Origin: a plasmid
Sequence record: NZ_CP023785.1
Length of the DNA: 64,000 bases
Direction: 5' to 3' (one strand)
Both the position numbers and the translations under genes were made by a program. Numbering within the stretch: the first letter of the stretch is position 1; every line of letters starts with the position of its first letter. Of this stretch, positions 11,404-21,645 are shown piece after piece. Below the pieces are notes generated by a model that did not search any database, was not told where the DNA came from, and saw only the letters and a list, made by a program, of their open reading frames with translations.

Positions 11404-11799
11404 TTATTCTATTACAACACTATATATTTCTAATTTAGGGTTAAAAATAAATCTTTTTGATACTTTTGCCTTTACAATATAATTGTATTCTTTCTTTTTT
11501 TCTTTGAAGTCGCTTGATTCAACTGTAACTTCAAACCACATTTCATTTGGAGACTCTTTTAATTTTTTTACTTGAAATGAATTATCTCTTGGATCATAAG
11601 GTGGTACTCTTTCAAACTCAGGAAGTTTTCTCTGTATTTGTTCTTCAGGAGTATTCGCAAAGTAATCTACTATCTTGACAGTTATTAAAAGTACTACTAT
11701 TCCCAAAACTATAACAAACATAAAGATAATTCCACATCCAGAATTATTTTTATTATTTTGAGTCAGATTATTCCATTCTATTTCTTCCATAATCATCAT
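11404..11799 (-). CDS. small single-TM membrane protein (131 aa), last gene of the bacteriolysin-like operon; candidate immunity protein
   Basis: TM segment GCGIIFMFVIVLGIVVLLITVKIV; terminator hairpin 11272-11300 downstream. Confidence 0.45.
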   Translation of the reverse strand: MMIMEEIEWNNLTQNNKNNSGCGIIFMFVIVLGIVVLLITVKIVDYFANTPEEQIQRKLPEFERVPPYDPRDNSFQVKKLKESPNEMWFEVTVESSDFKEKKKEYNYIVKAKVSKRFIFNPKLEIYSVVIE

Positions 11800-11878
11800 G
11801 TCCTTTTACAATTCATATACTTATTTTATCGTATATATTTAAAAAGGAAAAGGACACTGTTTAAATAGTAAACGATTC

Positions 11879-14230
11879 TTAATTAAGTTTACTTCTATTT
11901 TCTTGAAATTGAATAATTTTTTCAGAAAATCCATTTGCAACTTTCCCCTCATCTCCAATAAAATCAAGATAAGTAAAATCTGTCCCAAGTGAATTATTAA
12001 CTATTTTATCAATGAAAAATGAAATTATCCCTACACCTAAGATATCAACTGTTTCGTCATTTTCTAATAAACTATTTGTTACTGAAGCGATTTTATCTGA
12101 AGAACCAAATCTGTTCTTAACAAATTGATTAAATCTATCAATAGCACCCTTATCACAATAGTACGTTTTTAAAGCCGATAAAGCTGTTGAATCAGAATTT
12201 CTTTTTGCTAAGGTATAAACATTTACCGCGTCAACATCTTGGTATAAATCTTCTAGACTAAATGTTCCACCTGCAGCCGTACCTACTAATGCAAATACAC
12301 CTTGCTCCATTTGTATTCCTAATTTCTTAACTTCACCCCAGCAAGTCATTAAATCTCCTAACCAACCTGCAAAGTCAGAAACACTATCATTGATTGTGTC
12401 GGCTAGAAACATCTGTGATTGTAACGTCACAATTAAGTGAGGCAAACCTATTATTGAACCAGTATTAGGATCTATAAAATAATTATACAGGCCCTCGCTA
12501 TTAGTTAATTTATTCCTATATTCATCATAAATTTTTCTATCATGCTCTGTTACAGGAGAAGAAATGATGTCCCATGACAAACCAGAATAATTTACATATC
12601 TATAAAATGTCAAATGAGGGTTCCAAGGATTATCAAGACCAGCTTGTGATAGATATTGATACGCACGTACCATCTGATTTATAACCTTCTGATTGTATTT
12701 GGCAATGTAATTATCATTATTAGTATCATTTGATAACTCATTAAATCCGCTATCTCTACCCGATGTAGCGATTAAATCGATACCAACAGCTCCGTTGCCA
12801 CTTCCTATGGTAAATTCAACAAATTGATCAAAAGACCATTGTCTAGGCATAGGAAAACCTAAATTCCCACTATAACCAGTCGACATATCTGAAACAAATG
12901 CAAACGAAGCATACCCGTTATTGATTATTTGAGAACAAACATTTCTTGTTCCGTAAACACCCGTTTGATACCCGCTATATGACATTACAGCAGATACCCC
13001 CTTAAAATATTCTCCAGCATATGCAAGAATTTCTTCCCCTAACATGTCTAGATCAACAGCAAAATAAATAACTGTTGTTAATGGTATATTTAGATTTTTT
13101 GCTGCATCTATAGCCTTCTTACCATCTGATAAGCCACGATCATAAGTAAAATAAGCTAATGCTGCACCTCCATCTTGATAGATAGGAAACACAGATAAAT
13201 TTTTAGAAAAAATATTATTCAATTCCTCTGTAGTTAGATACTTATTTCGTTCATCTTTTCCAATTCCAACAGTACCAGTAAGATATCTACCAACTATTTT
13301 TATATCATTATCAACCAATGTTTGGATTTGAGATCTAGTTAATTGCGTAGAAGTATCTGCGCCATCTGCAGATCTTCTAATATCTCCAGCGCTAGACAAT
13401 AGTCCTTTTATTACAACAACATCTGCTATTTCAGTATATTCAGGCAATACCATAAATTTTCGGAATGCCAGTACTTCTAAACCCATATATTTAGTGAAAA
13501 TACCATCGAATGTACCGTCTTCAAAATAACCATTAACATATAATCCATATTGAATTATTCTTACATAGTTTCCCGAGTTACCTTCAGACACAGGATAAGT
13601 TTTACTAGTTGTCCCATTACCATAAGACCCTGTTGCTTCACTGGGAGAATATCCTAGTTCAGCTTGTAATGCAAAAATTAATGCTTGATTTGAATTTCTT
13701 TGATAAATACCATCACAAGGCATTATTCCCGTGTATTCTAAATAATTTACATTTAACCATTGCTGCATTTTTCTAATTTTACTATCTCCGCCGGGAACAA
13801 GAACAAAAGCACTCATATCAAATAACGCTTTGGCCCATTTCGCATCCAAAACTCCAGTTACAGCGCTTCCATTAAACCCTGCATCAGTCTGCAACTCTTT
13901 TACAGCAGTATCTAAATATGGAGTATATACCCCATCGAAGCCACCTGGATTAATCCCCTTACACCAAAAGGCACCTTGAATAAGAAATACAATATTTTTA
14001 GGTAGATTTTTGCCCCATTTAGGAGTAACCTGATTATCGTACATTTTTTCAGTGGTAGGTCCAAAATTAGCTACTAGATTAGTAATACCAAGTTCTACTT
14101 GTAGTCCTTCAATAAGTCCATAGATTGTAGGCCACCCTGTTCGCCCATTTTCTGGAACCTTATCAAACCCTGTAACATTACTGTATTTCTTGTTTAGCCA
14201 TTTCTGAGTACTTAAAACCATCTCATCCAT
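11879..14230 (-). CDS. 783-aa protein with 3-4 N-terminal peptidoglycan-binding (PG_binding_1-like) repeats, a central DUF1906/Rv2525c-like GH-like domain (...IYFAVDLDM...) and a ~300-aa C-terminal domain of unknown function; no signal peptide
   Basis: Repeat pattern V..LQ..L.G....DG..T...; DUF1906-like block RSQIQTLVDNDIKIVGRYL...VIYFAVDLD; own sigma70 promoter and upstream terminator. Confidence 0.6.
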   Translation of the reverse strand: MDEMVLSTQKWLNKKYSNVTGFDKVPENGRTGWPTIYGLIEGLQVELGITNLVANFGPTTEKMYDNQVTPKWGKNLPKNIVFLIQGAFWCKGINPGGFDGVYTPYLDTAVKELQTDAGFNGSAVTGVLDAKWAKALFDMSAFVLVPGGDSKIRKMQQWLNVNYLEYTGIMPCDGIYQRNSNQALIFALQAELGYSPSEATGSYGNGTTSKTYPVSEGNSGNYVRIIQYGLYVNGYFEDGTFDGIFTKYMGLEVLAFRKFMVLPEYTEIADVVVIKGLLSSAGDIRRSADGADTSTQLTRSQIQTLVDNDIKIVGRYLTGTVGIGKDERNKYLTTEELNNIFSKNLSVFPIYQDGGAALAYFTYDRGLSDGKKAIDAAKNLNIPLTTVIYFAVDLDMLGEEILAYAGEYFKGVSAVMSYSGYQTGVYGTRNVCSQIINNGYASFAFVSDMSTGYSGNLGFPMPRQWSFDQFVEFTIGSGNGAVGIDLIATSGRDSGFNELSNDTNNDNYIAKYNQKVINQMVRAYQYLSQAGLDNPWNPHLTFYRYVNYSGLSWDIISSPVTEHDRKIYDEYRNKLTNSEGLYNYFIDPNTGSIIGLPHLIVTLQSQMFLADTINDSVSDFAGWLGDLMTCWGEVKKLGIQMEQGVFALVGTAAGGTFSLEDLYQDVDAVNVYTLAKRNSDSTALSALKTYYCDKGAIDRFNQFVKNRFGSSDKIASVTNSLLENDETVDILGVGIISFFIDKIVNNSLGTDFTYLDFIGDEGKVANGFSEKIIQFQENRSKLN

Positions 14231-14276
14231 AAAAATCCCCTGCTTTCTTGCCGAACATACGTTCGTTTATGTGTTG

Positions 14277-14305
14277 ATTATATTTTATATTTTAGTGTTT
14301 GTCAA
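14277..14305 (-). promoter_or_regulatory. sigma-A promoter (TTGACA-N17-TATAAT on the minus strand) for the 783-aa gene
   Basis: tgtcaa at 14300-14305 and attata at 14277-14282 (plus-strand reading). Confidence 0.5.
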
Positions 14306-14319
14306 CAACTAAAAATAAT

Positions 14320-14352
14320 AAAACAGCACAAAGAAATCTCTTTGTGCTGTTT
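14320..14352. terminator. hairpin aaaacagcacaaagaaatctctttgtgctgtttt separating the two transcription units
   Basis: 13-bp perfect stem, T/A runs both sides. Confidence 0.5.
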
Positions 14353-14354
14353 TA

Positions 14355-15044
14355 TTAAATATTTTGAACAACATAATACGTACCTGCAACAGGATTATAA
14401 GTGTAATAAATACCTATATTCATTGTCCAACCAGGCCCGTTTGGTGCAAAGTATTTGAATCCTTCACGAGCATACAATGCCATTCCTTGAATAGAACCAG
14501 ATTTAGTTGCGTTGGCTTGATTTACATTTCCTACTCTTCCATCGTCAATGTAGGATTTCCAACGTAAAAAGTTGCCTGTACCATCAGCTGGTTTTACACC
14601 CATACCTCCAAAACGCCATCCCGCACCACTAAATGGCTGTGATTTATAGCTTCCTCCTCCTGCTAGTACAAGAAGGTGTCCGCTAGTACCAACATCGGGT
14701 GGAAATGCTCCTCGAGGCATAATTGGAGTAGTTTCAATATCATTTTTGAATTTTTCAGCAACAATTTTTTTTGCTTCTGTCACTGAAACTGAAGCAGGAT
14801 CAGTTTCTGAATTATATGAACCTTGAATTATATCTGGATTATCCATAGATACAATTTTAGCTTCCCCTTTTAAAAAACCACCTTCTGGCAATGCAAGTAC
14901 TTTATCTTCTTCTTCAAAATCAGCAAAGTATCGTGAGGCGTACTGCTCTGGATCTGAAATAACTTCTTTCTCAGCAGCATATACTGCATTTCCAAATGTT
15001 AACATCATAAGTAGCCCAACAGAAACACCAAAAATCTTTTTCAT
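14355..15044 (-). CDS. secreted protein of unknown function (229 aa, Sec signal peptide ...GNAVYA|AEKE), Gly/aromatic-rich C-terminal domain
   Basis: Signal peptide and ORF read from sequence; no recognisable catalytic motif. Confidence 0.5.
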   Translation of the reverse strand: MKKIFGVSVGLLMMLTFGNAVYAAEKEVISDPEQYASRYFADFEEEDKVLALPEGGFLKGEAKIVSMDNPDIIQGSYNSETDPASVSVTEAKKIVAEKFKNDIETTPIMPRGAFPPDVGTSGHLLVLAGGGSYKSQPFSGAGWRFGGMGVKPADGTGNFLRWKSYIDDGRVGNVNQANATKSGSIQGMALYAREGFKYFAPNGPGWTMNIGIYYTYNPVAGTYYVVQNI

Positions 15045-15057
15045 AATGAATCTTCCT

Positions 15058-15510
15058 TTACTCTAATTCCACTGAATTAGTTTCTTTTATCTGCTTTAAT
15101 TCATTTCTTTTACTATTTAAAAGCTCTTTTAGATCCTTAATCGAAATAGCGTTGGAATCAGTATTAACATCAATAAACTGTCTGTGATTTTGTTTATAAC
15201 TAACTAATTCGGATTTGCCATCTCCCATTAATTGCCCACCAGCAGACAAGACAACAATTTTATCTGAGTCACTAATTCCTGGAATACTTTCTTCTAACTG
15301 TTCCCCGGATAAATCACCAAATTCTTTATACAATTCTTCATCTGACATAGAATAGATATTTTTGGTCAAACTCATTTTTTTATTATTATGTTCAGCTACT
15401 CTTTGATCTTTTATTTGAGCGTTTGAATTAACAGAATCTAAATTCAAAAGAAAATAGCCCCCAATTAATATTGTAAATACTGAAAAAATACTTAGTATCG
15501 TTTTTTTCAC
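15058..15510 (-). CDS. N-terminally membrane-anchored protein (about 150 aa)
   Basis: Start most likely GTG at 15510 (RBS gaggtg); TM ILSIFSVFTILIGGYFLL. Confidence 0.45.
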   Translation of the reverse strand: MKKTILSIFSVFTILIGGYFLLNLDSVNSNAQIKDQRVAEHNNKKMSLTKNIYSMSDEELYKEFGDLSGEQLEESIPGISDSDKIVVLSAGGQLMGDGKSELVSYKQNHRQFIDVNTDSNAISIKDLKELLNSKRNELKQIKETNSVELE

Positions 15511-15556
15511 GATTCTCACCTCGCTTTCTTATTAAATTTATAATATATATCTACGA

Positions 15557-16375
15557 TAAGATAATTGGTTCTGTTGCAAAGTTTTAAATCTACTATCAAA
15601 TAAGATAGAATAATAGAAAAAGATAGCAGGAGGAATAACGATGAATCATTTTAAAGGAAAGCAATTTCAGCAGGATGTGATTATTGTAGCCGTGGGCTAC
15701 TATCTTCGTTATAACCTTAGCTATCGTGAAGTTCAAGAAATCTTATATGATCGTGACATTAACGTTTCTCATACGACGATTTATCGTTGGGTGCAAGAAT
15801 ATGGCAAACTACTCTATCAAATTTGGAAAAAGAAAAATAAAAAATCCTTTTATTCATGGAAAATGGATGAAACGTACATCAAAATTAAAGGAAAATGGCA
15901 TTATTTGTATCGAGCCATCGATGCAGATGGTTTAACCTTGGATATTTGGTTACGTAAAAAACGGGACACACAAGCAGCCTATGCTTTTCTTAAGCGGTTA
16001 GTGAAGCAGTTTGATGAACCGAAGGTTGTAGTCACAGATAAAGCCCCCTCTATTACAAGTGCCTTTAAGAAACTAAAAGAATACGGCTTTTATCAAGGGA
16101 CAGAACATCGTACCATTAAATACCTGAATAATTTGATTGAACAAGACCATCGTCCAGTAAAGAGACGCAATAAATTCTATCGAAGTTTACGCACTGCCTC
16201 TACCACGATTAAAGGCATGGAAGCCATTCGAGGATTATATAAGAAAACCCGAAAAGAAGGCACTCTCTTCGGGTTTTCGGTCTGTACTGAAATCAAGGTA
16301 TTATTGGGAATCCCAGCTTAAATCATAGATACCGTAAGGGATTTTATTCTTTATTTAAAACTTTGCAACAGAACC
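15557..16375 (+). mobile_element. IS1216 (IS6 family), intact
   Basis: 18-bp IRs ggttctgttgcaaagttt at both ends, 226-aa tnp. Confidence 0.95.
15641..16321 (+). CDS. IS1216 transposase
   Basis: MNHFKGKQFQQDVIIVAVGYYLRYNLSYREVQEILYDRDINVSHTTIYRW... Confidence 0.95.
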   Translation: MNHFKGKQFQQDVIIVAVGYYLRYNLSYREVQEILYDRDINVSHTTIYRWVQEYGKLLYQIWKKKNKKSFYSWKMDETYIKIKGKWHYLYRAIDADGLTLDIWLRKKRDTQAAYAFLKRLVKQFDEPKVVVTDKAPSITSAFKKLKEYGFYQGTEHRTIKYLNNLIEQDHRPVKRRNKFYRSLRTASTTIKGMEAIRGLYKKTRKEGTLFGFSVCTEIKVLLGIPA

Positions 16376-18572
16376 CAAATTTTGTTCCTCCTCAAAGAAA
16401 AAGAGACTTTTGGAAAGAATTTCCAGAGTTCACGTAACCCTAAAAATTCATATCCAAAAATCTCTAGCTTGAAGAAACCTAAAAATATTCGTATAATGAA
16501 CCTGAGTTACGGAGCTAGGTGAAGTAGTTTCCGTAAATAGTCGAGAGTGTTAGCGCACTGCTCGGCTTTTATTTTGCTCTTTTTTCTCGTTTTCTTTGAT
16601 TATAGCACTCCTCCTAAAAAAATAAAAAGACCTCAGGGAATTTCATTCCCCGAACCCCTTGAGCCTCCTCCTGCCGAAATGGAAAGGGCGCACCCGCTGT
16701 TTATTTCATTCAGCTATCGGCTTTCACAATCTAACACGATCGTTCCGCTACCAGTCGCCTTACAGGCTCCATTTTCGCTCCTCTAACGTGTTTTAACGAT
16801 TGTGCCGATAACTAAACGAAATAAACGCTAAAACCGCTCAGAACGCAAAATATGCCATTTTAGAGCTATTGTAGAAAATGTAGTTTGAAATGCAATTTTC
16901 TTCTTTCAGCTTTTTATTTCCCACTTGTAAATCTGCTAATTATTTTCTACCAGACAAACCATTGATTTTTTGGCTATCAGTTAACTCACGATTATTATGA
17001 GAAATGCTTGTATTCTTTGTTCCCTTTTTGAACGAAATACTAAACCCTAAGGTGAACCCCTCCTTCGCGCTGTCGCTAATAAAAAGAGTGTAAACCTTTC
17101 TGTTACTCTTTGACAAAGAGTAACATTTTCCTAATTGTGACATGGCTGTCACAATTCCAAACGCTCTCCGAGGGTTTTCGCTGTCACAAGTGACAACGAA
17201 AAAAGGAGCCGAAAGCGTGTCACGCTCTCAACTCCTTTTACGCTTTATTTTGCTTCACGCAAAATAATCGCTTATCTTAAACATTGACGTAAATTTACTC
17301 TCACTTATCTGACTTTTTTACTCGGTATCACTCCGAGTAAGCCGTCATATTCATTGGGATAATCTCGTCTGCTTCGCTCTAATTTTCCAGAGTGAGGGGT
17401 AACTCCTTCCCCCGAATTACCCCAAAGAGTGACACTGGGATATCCCTAAATTTATTATAAAAAGCCAAGTCTCTTTGCGCAACTGTTTTATCCAAGTCGG
17501 CATTTGCGGATTCGTTAGCGTTTTTTCGCTCTTGCTGCAAACGCACGACCCACCATGCCGACTTGTGCTGAAAATAAAAAAGTGGACAAAAATTCATCCA
17601 CTCATTCTTCCGTCACGTCCAACCCCAAAAGCCACGTATCCAATTCTTTTTTCAAAACATCTGCCGATTCCGAAAATGTCTCTCGTAAATGATTAACTAA
17701 CTCATCACTTTGGCTTTCTTTTTTCAACAAATTTCGATATTTATATTTTGTATGACGAGCCAAGCCAGCCCATAAATTTTGATCTGAAATCAATCCTGCA
17801 ATCATAATTCTATCAGTATGCTTTGTATCAGTCGGCAAAAAATGAGGACTTGCGAAACTGTCTAAACTTTCATGAACCATCGCATACCAATCAGTAGCTT
17901 TTCCACGCCGTAACTGCAATTCCAGTCGCCACCAAGTTTTTATTTCCGGTGGTACAATTTTCCGTTTGGTTTCTTGTTCCAATTTTTTGTTGTACATCCT
18001 TATTTGTCGCTCACTGGCACGACTACCCCAATATGCCGTTTCCAGCTTCCCAGACCGCCCATAGATTGGTTTGAATGAAACAGGGTCAACCACACGATAT
18101 TGCGTAATAAAATCATCAGGCACATCGATAATGTCGCAAGCAATATCAGCACGTGAGAAATGTGGTTCTAAAAATAAATCATGGATAAAGTTCTTCATCG
18201 AACCCGCCAAAAATTGGCTAATTTTATTTGGGTTAAAGTCAATTCGCCCTTGCCCTTCTTGATATTTCAAAATTTCAATGTAAGCAATATTCTCATCATG
18301 CTTATCCACAATTTGCCAACCATTTAGACCAACAGATTTAACATAACCATTATTTTCATTCAGTCGCATTAACTGTTCAAAGTCTAAAATCAATACATCA
18401 TTTTGCGTGTGATAATAAATATTCTCTTTGAGTTTTCCAACAATGGTAATTCGGTCAATTGACCACTGTATTTTAAGGGGGGTGGTCAAAGTTTGCACAC
18501 TTAACCGCCTGTTAGATAGGGCTGTTAAATTTTCCCACTCATTTATGATCGTGCCACGTTTACTCAAATTTT
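16376..18572 (-). other. remnant of a small pT181-family rolling-circle plasmid trapped between two directly repeated IS1216 copies (rep gene plus ~1.2 kb of downstream non-coding sequence rich in palindromes)
   Basis: Rep_trans ORF 17602-18572; palindromes tgtgacatggctgtcaca (17126-17143), ctgtcacaagtgacaac (17172-17188), ttactcggtatcactccgagtaa (17319-17341). Confidence 0.5.
17602..18572 (-). pseudogene. pT181-family Rep_trans replication initiator, 5' end (first ~20-30 codons, promoter and leader) replaced by IS1216
   Basis: RIDFNPNK, ETAYWGSRASERQIRMYNKK, TWWRLELQLRRG, RHTKYKYRNLLKKE blocks parallel pT181 RepC; dso-like 24-mer at 18492-18516; ORF runs into the IS1216 IR. Confidence 0.7.
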
Positions 18573-19381
18573 GGTTCTGTTGCAAAGTTTTAAATCTACT
18601 ATCAAATAAGATAGAATAATAGAAAAAGATAGCAGGAGGAATAACGATGAATCATTTTAAAGGAAAGCAATTTCAGCAGGATGTGATTATTGTAGCCGTG
18701 GGCTACTATCTTCGTTATAACCTTAGCTATCGTGAAGTTCAAGAAATCTTATATGATCGTGACATTAACGTTTCTCATACGACGATTTATCGTTGGGTGC
18801 AAGAATATGGCAAACTACTCTATCAAATTTGGAAAAAGAAAAATAAAAAATCCTTTTATTCATGGAAAATGGATGAAACGTACATCAAAATTAAAGGAAA
18901 ATGGCATTATTTGTATCGAGCCATCGATGCAGATGGTTTAACCTTGGATATTTGGTTACGTAAAAAACGGGACACACAAGCAGCCTATGCTTTTCTTAAG
19001 CGGTTAGTGAAGCAGTTTGATGAACCGAAGGTTGTAGTCACAGATAAAGCCCCCTCTATTACAAGTGCCTTTAAGAAACTAAAAGAATACGGCTTTTATC
19101 AAGGGACAGAACATCGTACCATTAAATACCTGAATAATTTGATTGAACAAGACCATCGTCCAGTAAAGAGACGCAATAAATTCTATCGAAGTTTACGCAC
19201 TGCCTCTACCACGATTAAAGGCATGGAAGCCATTCGAGGATTATATAAGAAAACCCGAAAAGAAGGCACTCTCTTCGGGTTTTCGGTCTGTACTGAAATC
19301 AAGGTATTATTGGGAATCCCAGCTTAAATCATAGATACCGTAAGGGATTTTATTCTTTATTTAAAACTTTGCAACAGAACC
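18573..19381 (+). mobile_element. IS1216, intact
   Basis: IRs at both ends. Confidence 0.95.
18647..19327 (+). CDS. IS1216 transposase
   Basis: identical to 15641-16321. Confidence 0.95.
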   Translation: MNHFKGKQFQQDVIIVAVGYYLRYNLSYREVQEILYDRDINVSHTTIYRWVQEYGKLLYQIWKKKNKKSFYSWKMDETYIKIKGKWHYLYRAIDADGLTLDIWLRKKRDTQAAYAFLKRLVKQFDEPKVVVTDKAPSITSAFKKLKEYGFYQGTEHRTIKYLNNLIEQDHRPVKRRNKFYRSLRTASTTIKGMEAIRGLYKKTRKEGTLFGFSVCTEIKVLLGIPA

Positions 19382-19428
19382 ATAATAAGTCTCTATTTTT
19401 CAATAACTATTGCAAAATTATATCTTAA

Positions 19429-20311
19429 TTAAGAAAATATTTTTATTTTAAAGATAAAAAATTCTTCATCCTGCAATACTTTATATTCTATATTGTAATT
19501 ATTCAGAATATTACTTACAATATATAAACCTAATCCATTACTATTTTCCTTATTTAAATCAAATTTAACATCAAATATTTTATCCATATTCGAAATTTTA
19601 TTGTTACCGTATGAATTCTCTATATATAACCAATCATTAACTATCCCAATATTAATTACCCCATTTACATCAGTATATTTTACCGCATTACTAATCAAAT
19701 TAGATAGAATAATCTTTAAAGCTGTTTTTCCTATATAAACATTCTCGTCTAATATATAATTATTGACAGTTATTTTCTTTTGATTTGCTAATATTTCATA
19801 CTTTTTTAATATGTCTTCTAATGTATCATTTATTTTCAAATATTCTTCATCATTATTCAAATTTTCTATAGAATGAACTGATAATATTTGAGAAATATTT
19901 TTTGTTAAACTATCAACGATTTCAATACATTCATTAATATAAATATCTCTTTCTTTATATTTTCCAATATTGTATTTCATGTTTTCCAGTATTATTTTAA
20001 GACTAGCAAGAGGGGTTTTAAGTTCATGGGATGCACCTTTAAAAAAGTCATATTTTAACTTTTCTAATTTTAAAATTTCTTTATTTTTAAATTCCAAATC
20101 GTCAATTGTTCTTAATAAAGTAGAATACAAATCATTAATTTGTTGTTTTAATTCTCCAACTTCATCATTAGAGCTAACTTTTAAACTCATTTTTTTATCA
20201 AGTTTCATCATTTTATCAGTAACAATTTTTATTTCTTGTATATTATTTTTTATTGATTTTGCATAAATTAAAGAAATAATAGCAGAAAATAAAATTGATA
20301 TTAATAAAGAA
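19429..20311 (-). pseudogene. sensor histidine kinase (HisKA + HATPase), N-terminal sensor/TM region removed by IS256; no cognate response regulator nearby
   Basis: H-box GASHELKTPLASL, N-box SNLISNAVKYT, G-box NSNGLGLYIV; apparent N-terminal 45 aa are read-through of the IS256 left end. Confidence 0.8.
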
Positions 20312-21645
20312 GATAAAGTCCTTATAATTGTGTAAAAGTAAAAAGGCCATGTAACAGTCCTTTTACGGTACAATGTTTTTAACGACAAAAACATACCCAG
20401 GAGGACTTTTACATGACCCAAGTACATTTTACACTGAAAAGCGAAGAGATTCAAAGCATTATTGAATATTCTGTAAAGGATGACGTTTCTAAAAATATTT
20501 TAACAACGGTATTTAATCAACTAATGGAAAATCAACGAACAGAATATATTCAAGCAAAAGAATATGAACGAACAGAAAACCGACAAAGTCAACGAAATGG
20601 CTATTATGAGCGCAGCTTTACGACACGTATAGGCACGCTAGAATTAAAAGTACCCAGAACACGTGATGGCCATTTTTCACCCACAGTGTTTGAACGTTAT
20701 CAACGAAACGAAAAAGCCCTCATTGCTTCAATGTTGGAAATGTATGTATCAGGCGTTTCAACTCGTAAAGTATCAAAAATTGTGGAAGAACTTTGTGGTA
20801 AATCCGTCTCTAAGTCCTTCGTTTCTAGCTTAACAGAACAGCTAGAACCAATGGTTAACGAGTGGCAGAATCGTTTATTATCAGAAAAAAATTATCCTTA
20901 CTTAATGACCGATGTACTCTATATAAAAGTACGAGAAGAAAATCGAGTACTCTCAAAAAGCTGTCATATAGCGATTGGAATAACCAAAGATGGCGACCGT
21001 GAAATTATCGGCTTCATGATTCAAAGTGGCGAAAGCGAAGAGACCTGGATAACATTTTTTGAATACCTAAAAGAACGCGGTTTACAAGGTACAGAACTCG
21101 TTATTTCTGATGCGCACAAAGGATTAGTCTCTGCCATTAGAAAATCCTTCACCAACGCAAGTTGGCAAAGATGCCAAGTTCACTTCCTAAGAAATATCTT
21201 TACCACCATTCCTAAAAAAAATTCAAAATCTTTCAGAGAAGCTGTTAAAGGAATTTTTAAGTTCACAGATATTAACTTAGCTCGTGAGGCTAAAAATCGA
21301 TTGATTCATGATTATATCGATCAACCAAAATATTCAAAAGCTTGCGCATCATTGGATGATGGATTCGAAGACGCCTTTCAATATACCGTACAAGGAAATT
21401 CCCACAATCGACTAAAGAGTACCAATCTAATTGAACGACTGAATCAAGAAGTGCGCAGAAGAGAAAAAATTATTCGTATCTTTCCAAACTGCGTTTCAGC
21501 CAATCGTTTAATTGGAGCAGTCCTTATTGATCAACACGATGAGTGGCTTTCTTCATCAAGAAAATATATTAAATTTGCCAAGTAAAAAATAGTGAGAGCA
21601 TTGTATAGTATTTTACACAGGATTGTGGACTTGACTTTTTTTTCA
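20312..21645 (+). mobile_element. IS256, intact (about 1.33 kb)
   Basis: left end gataaagtccttataattgtgtaaaag, right end ...cacaggattgtggacttgac. Confidence 0.9.
20413..21585 (+). CDS. IS256 transposase (390 aa)
   Basis: MTQVHFTLKSEEIQSIIEYSV... matches IS256 Tnp from memory. Confidence 0.95.
   Translation: MTQVHFTLKSEEIQSIIEYSVKDDVSKNILTTVFNQLMENQRTEYIQAKEYERTENRQSQRNGYYERSFTTRIGTLELKVPRTRDGHFSPTVFERYQRNEKALIASMLEMYVSGVSTRKVSKIVEELCGKSVSKSFVSSLTEQLEPMVNEWQNRLLSEKNYPYLMTDVLYIKVREENRVLSKSCHIAIGITKDGDREIIGFMIQSGESEETWITFFEYLKERGLQGTELVISDAHKGLVSAIRKSFTNASWQRCQVHFLRNIFTTIPKKNSKSFREAVKGIFKFTDINLAREAKNRLIHDYIDQPKYSKACASLDDGFEDAFQYTVQGNSHNRLKSTNLIERLNQEVRRREKIIRIFPNCVSANRLIGAVLIDQHDEWLSSSRKYIKFAK

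Noticed and set aside
11149-11433. 94-aa plus-strand ORF in AT-rich intergenic DNA
   Set aside because: Overlaps terminator hairpin and 3' end of the 131-aa gene; no SD; poly-Phe/Ile composition typical of AT-rich noise.
15726-15935. 69-aa ORF MKFKKSYMIV... repeated inside every IS1216 copy (also 18732, 52058, 57352, 58478)
   Set aside because: Alternative frame inside the well-defined IS1216 transposase gene; no SD; conserved only because the IS is repeated.
16547-16786. 79-aa Pro-rich ORF (and 16940-17152, 17379-17597 minus-strand ORFs)
   Set aside because: GC-rich structured non-coding region downstream of rep, likely sso/ori sequences; no SD, odd composition.
19429-20454. Full-length 341-aa histidine kinase
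   Set aside because: First ~45 residues are translated from the IS256 left end (20312-20454); real gene is 5'-truncated.
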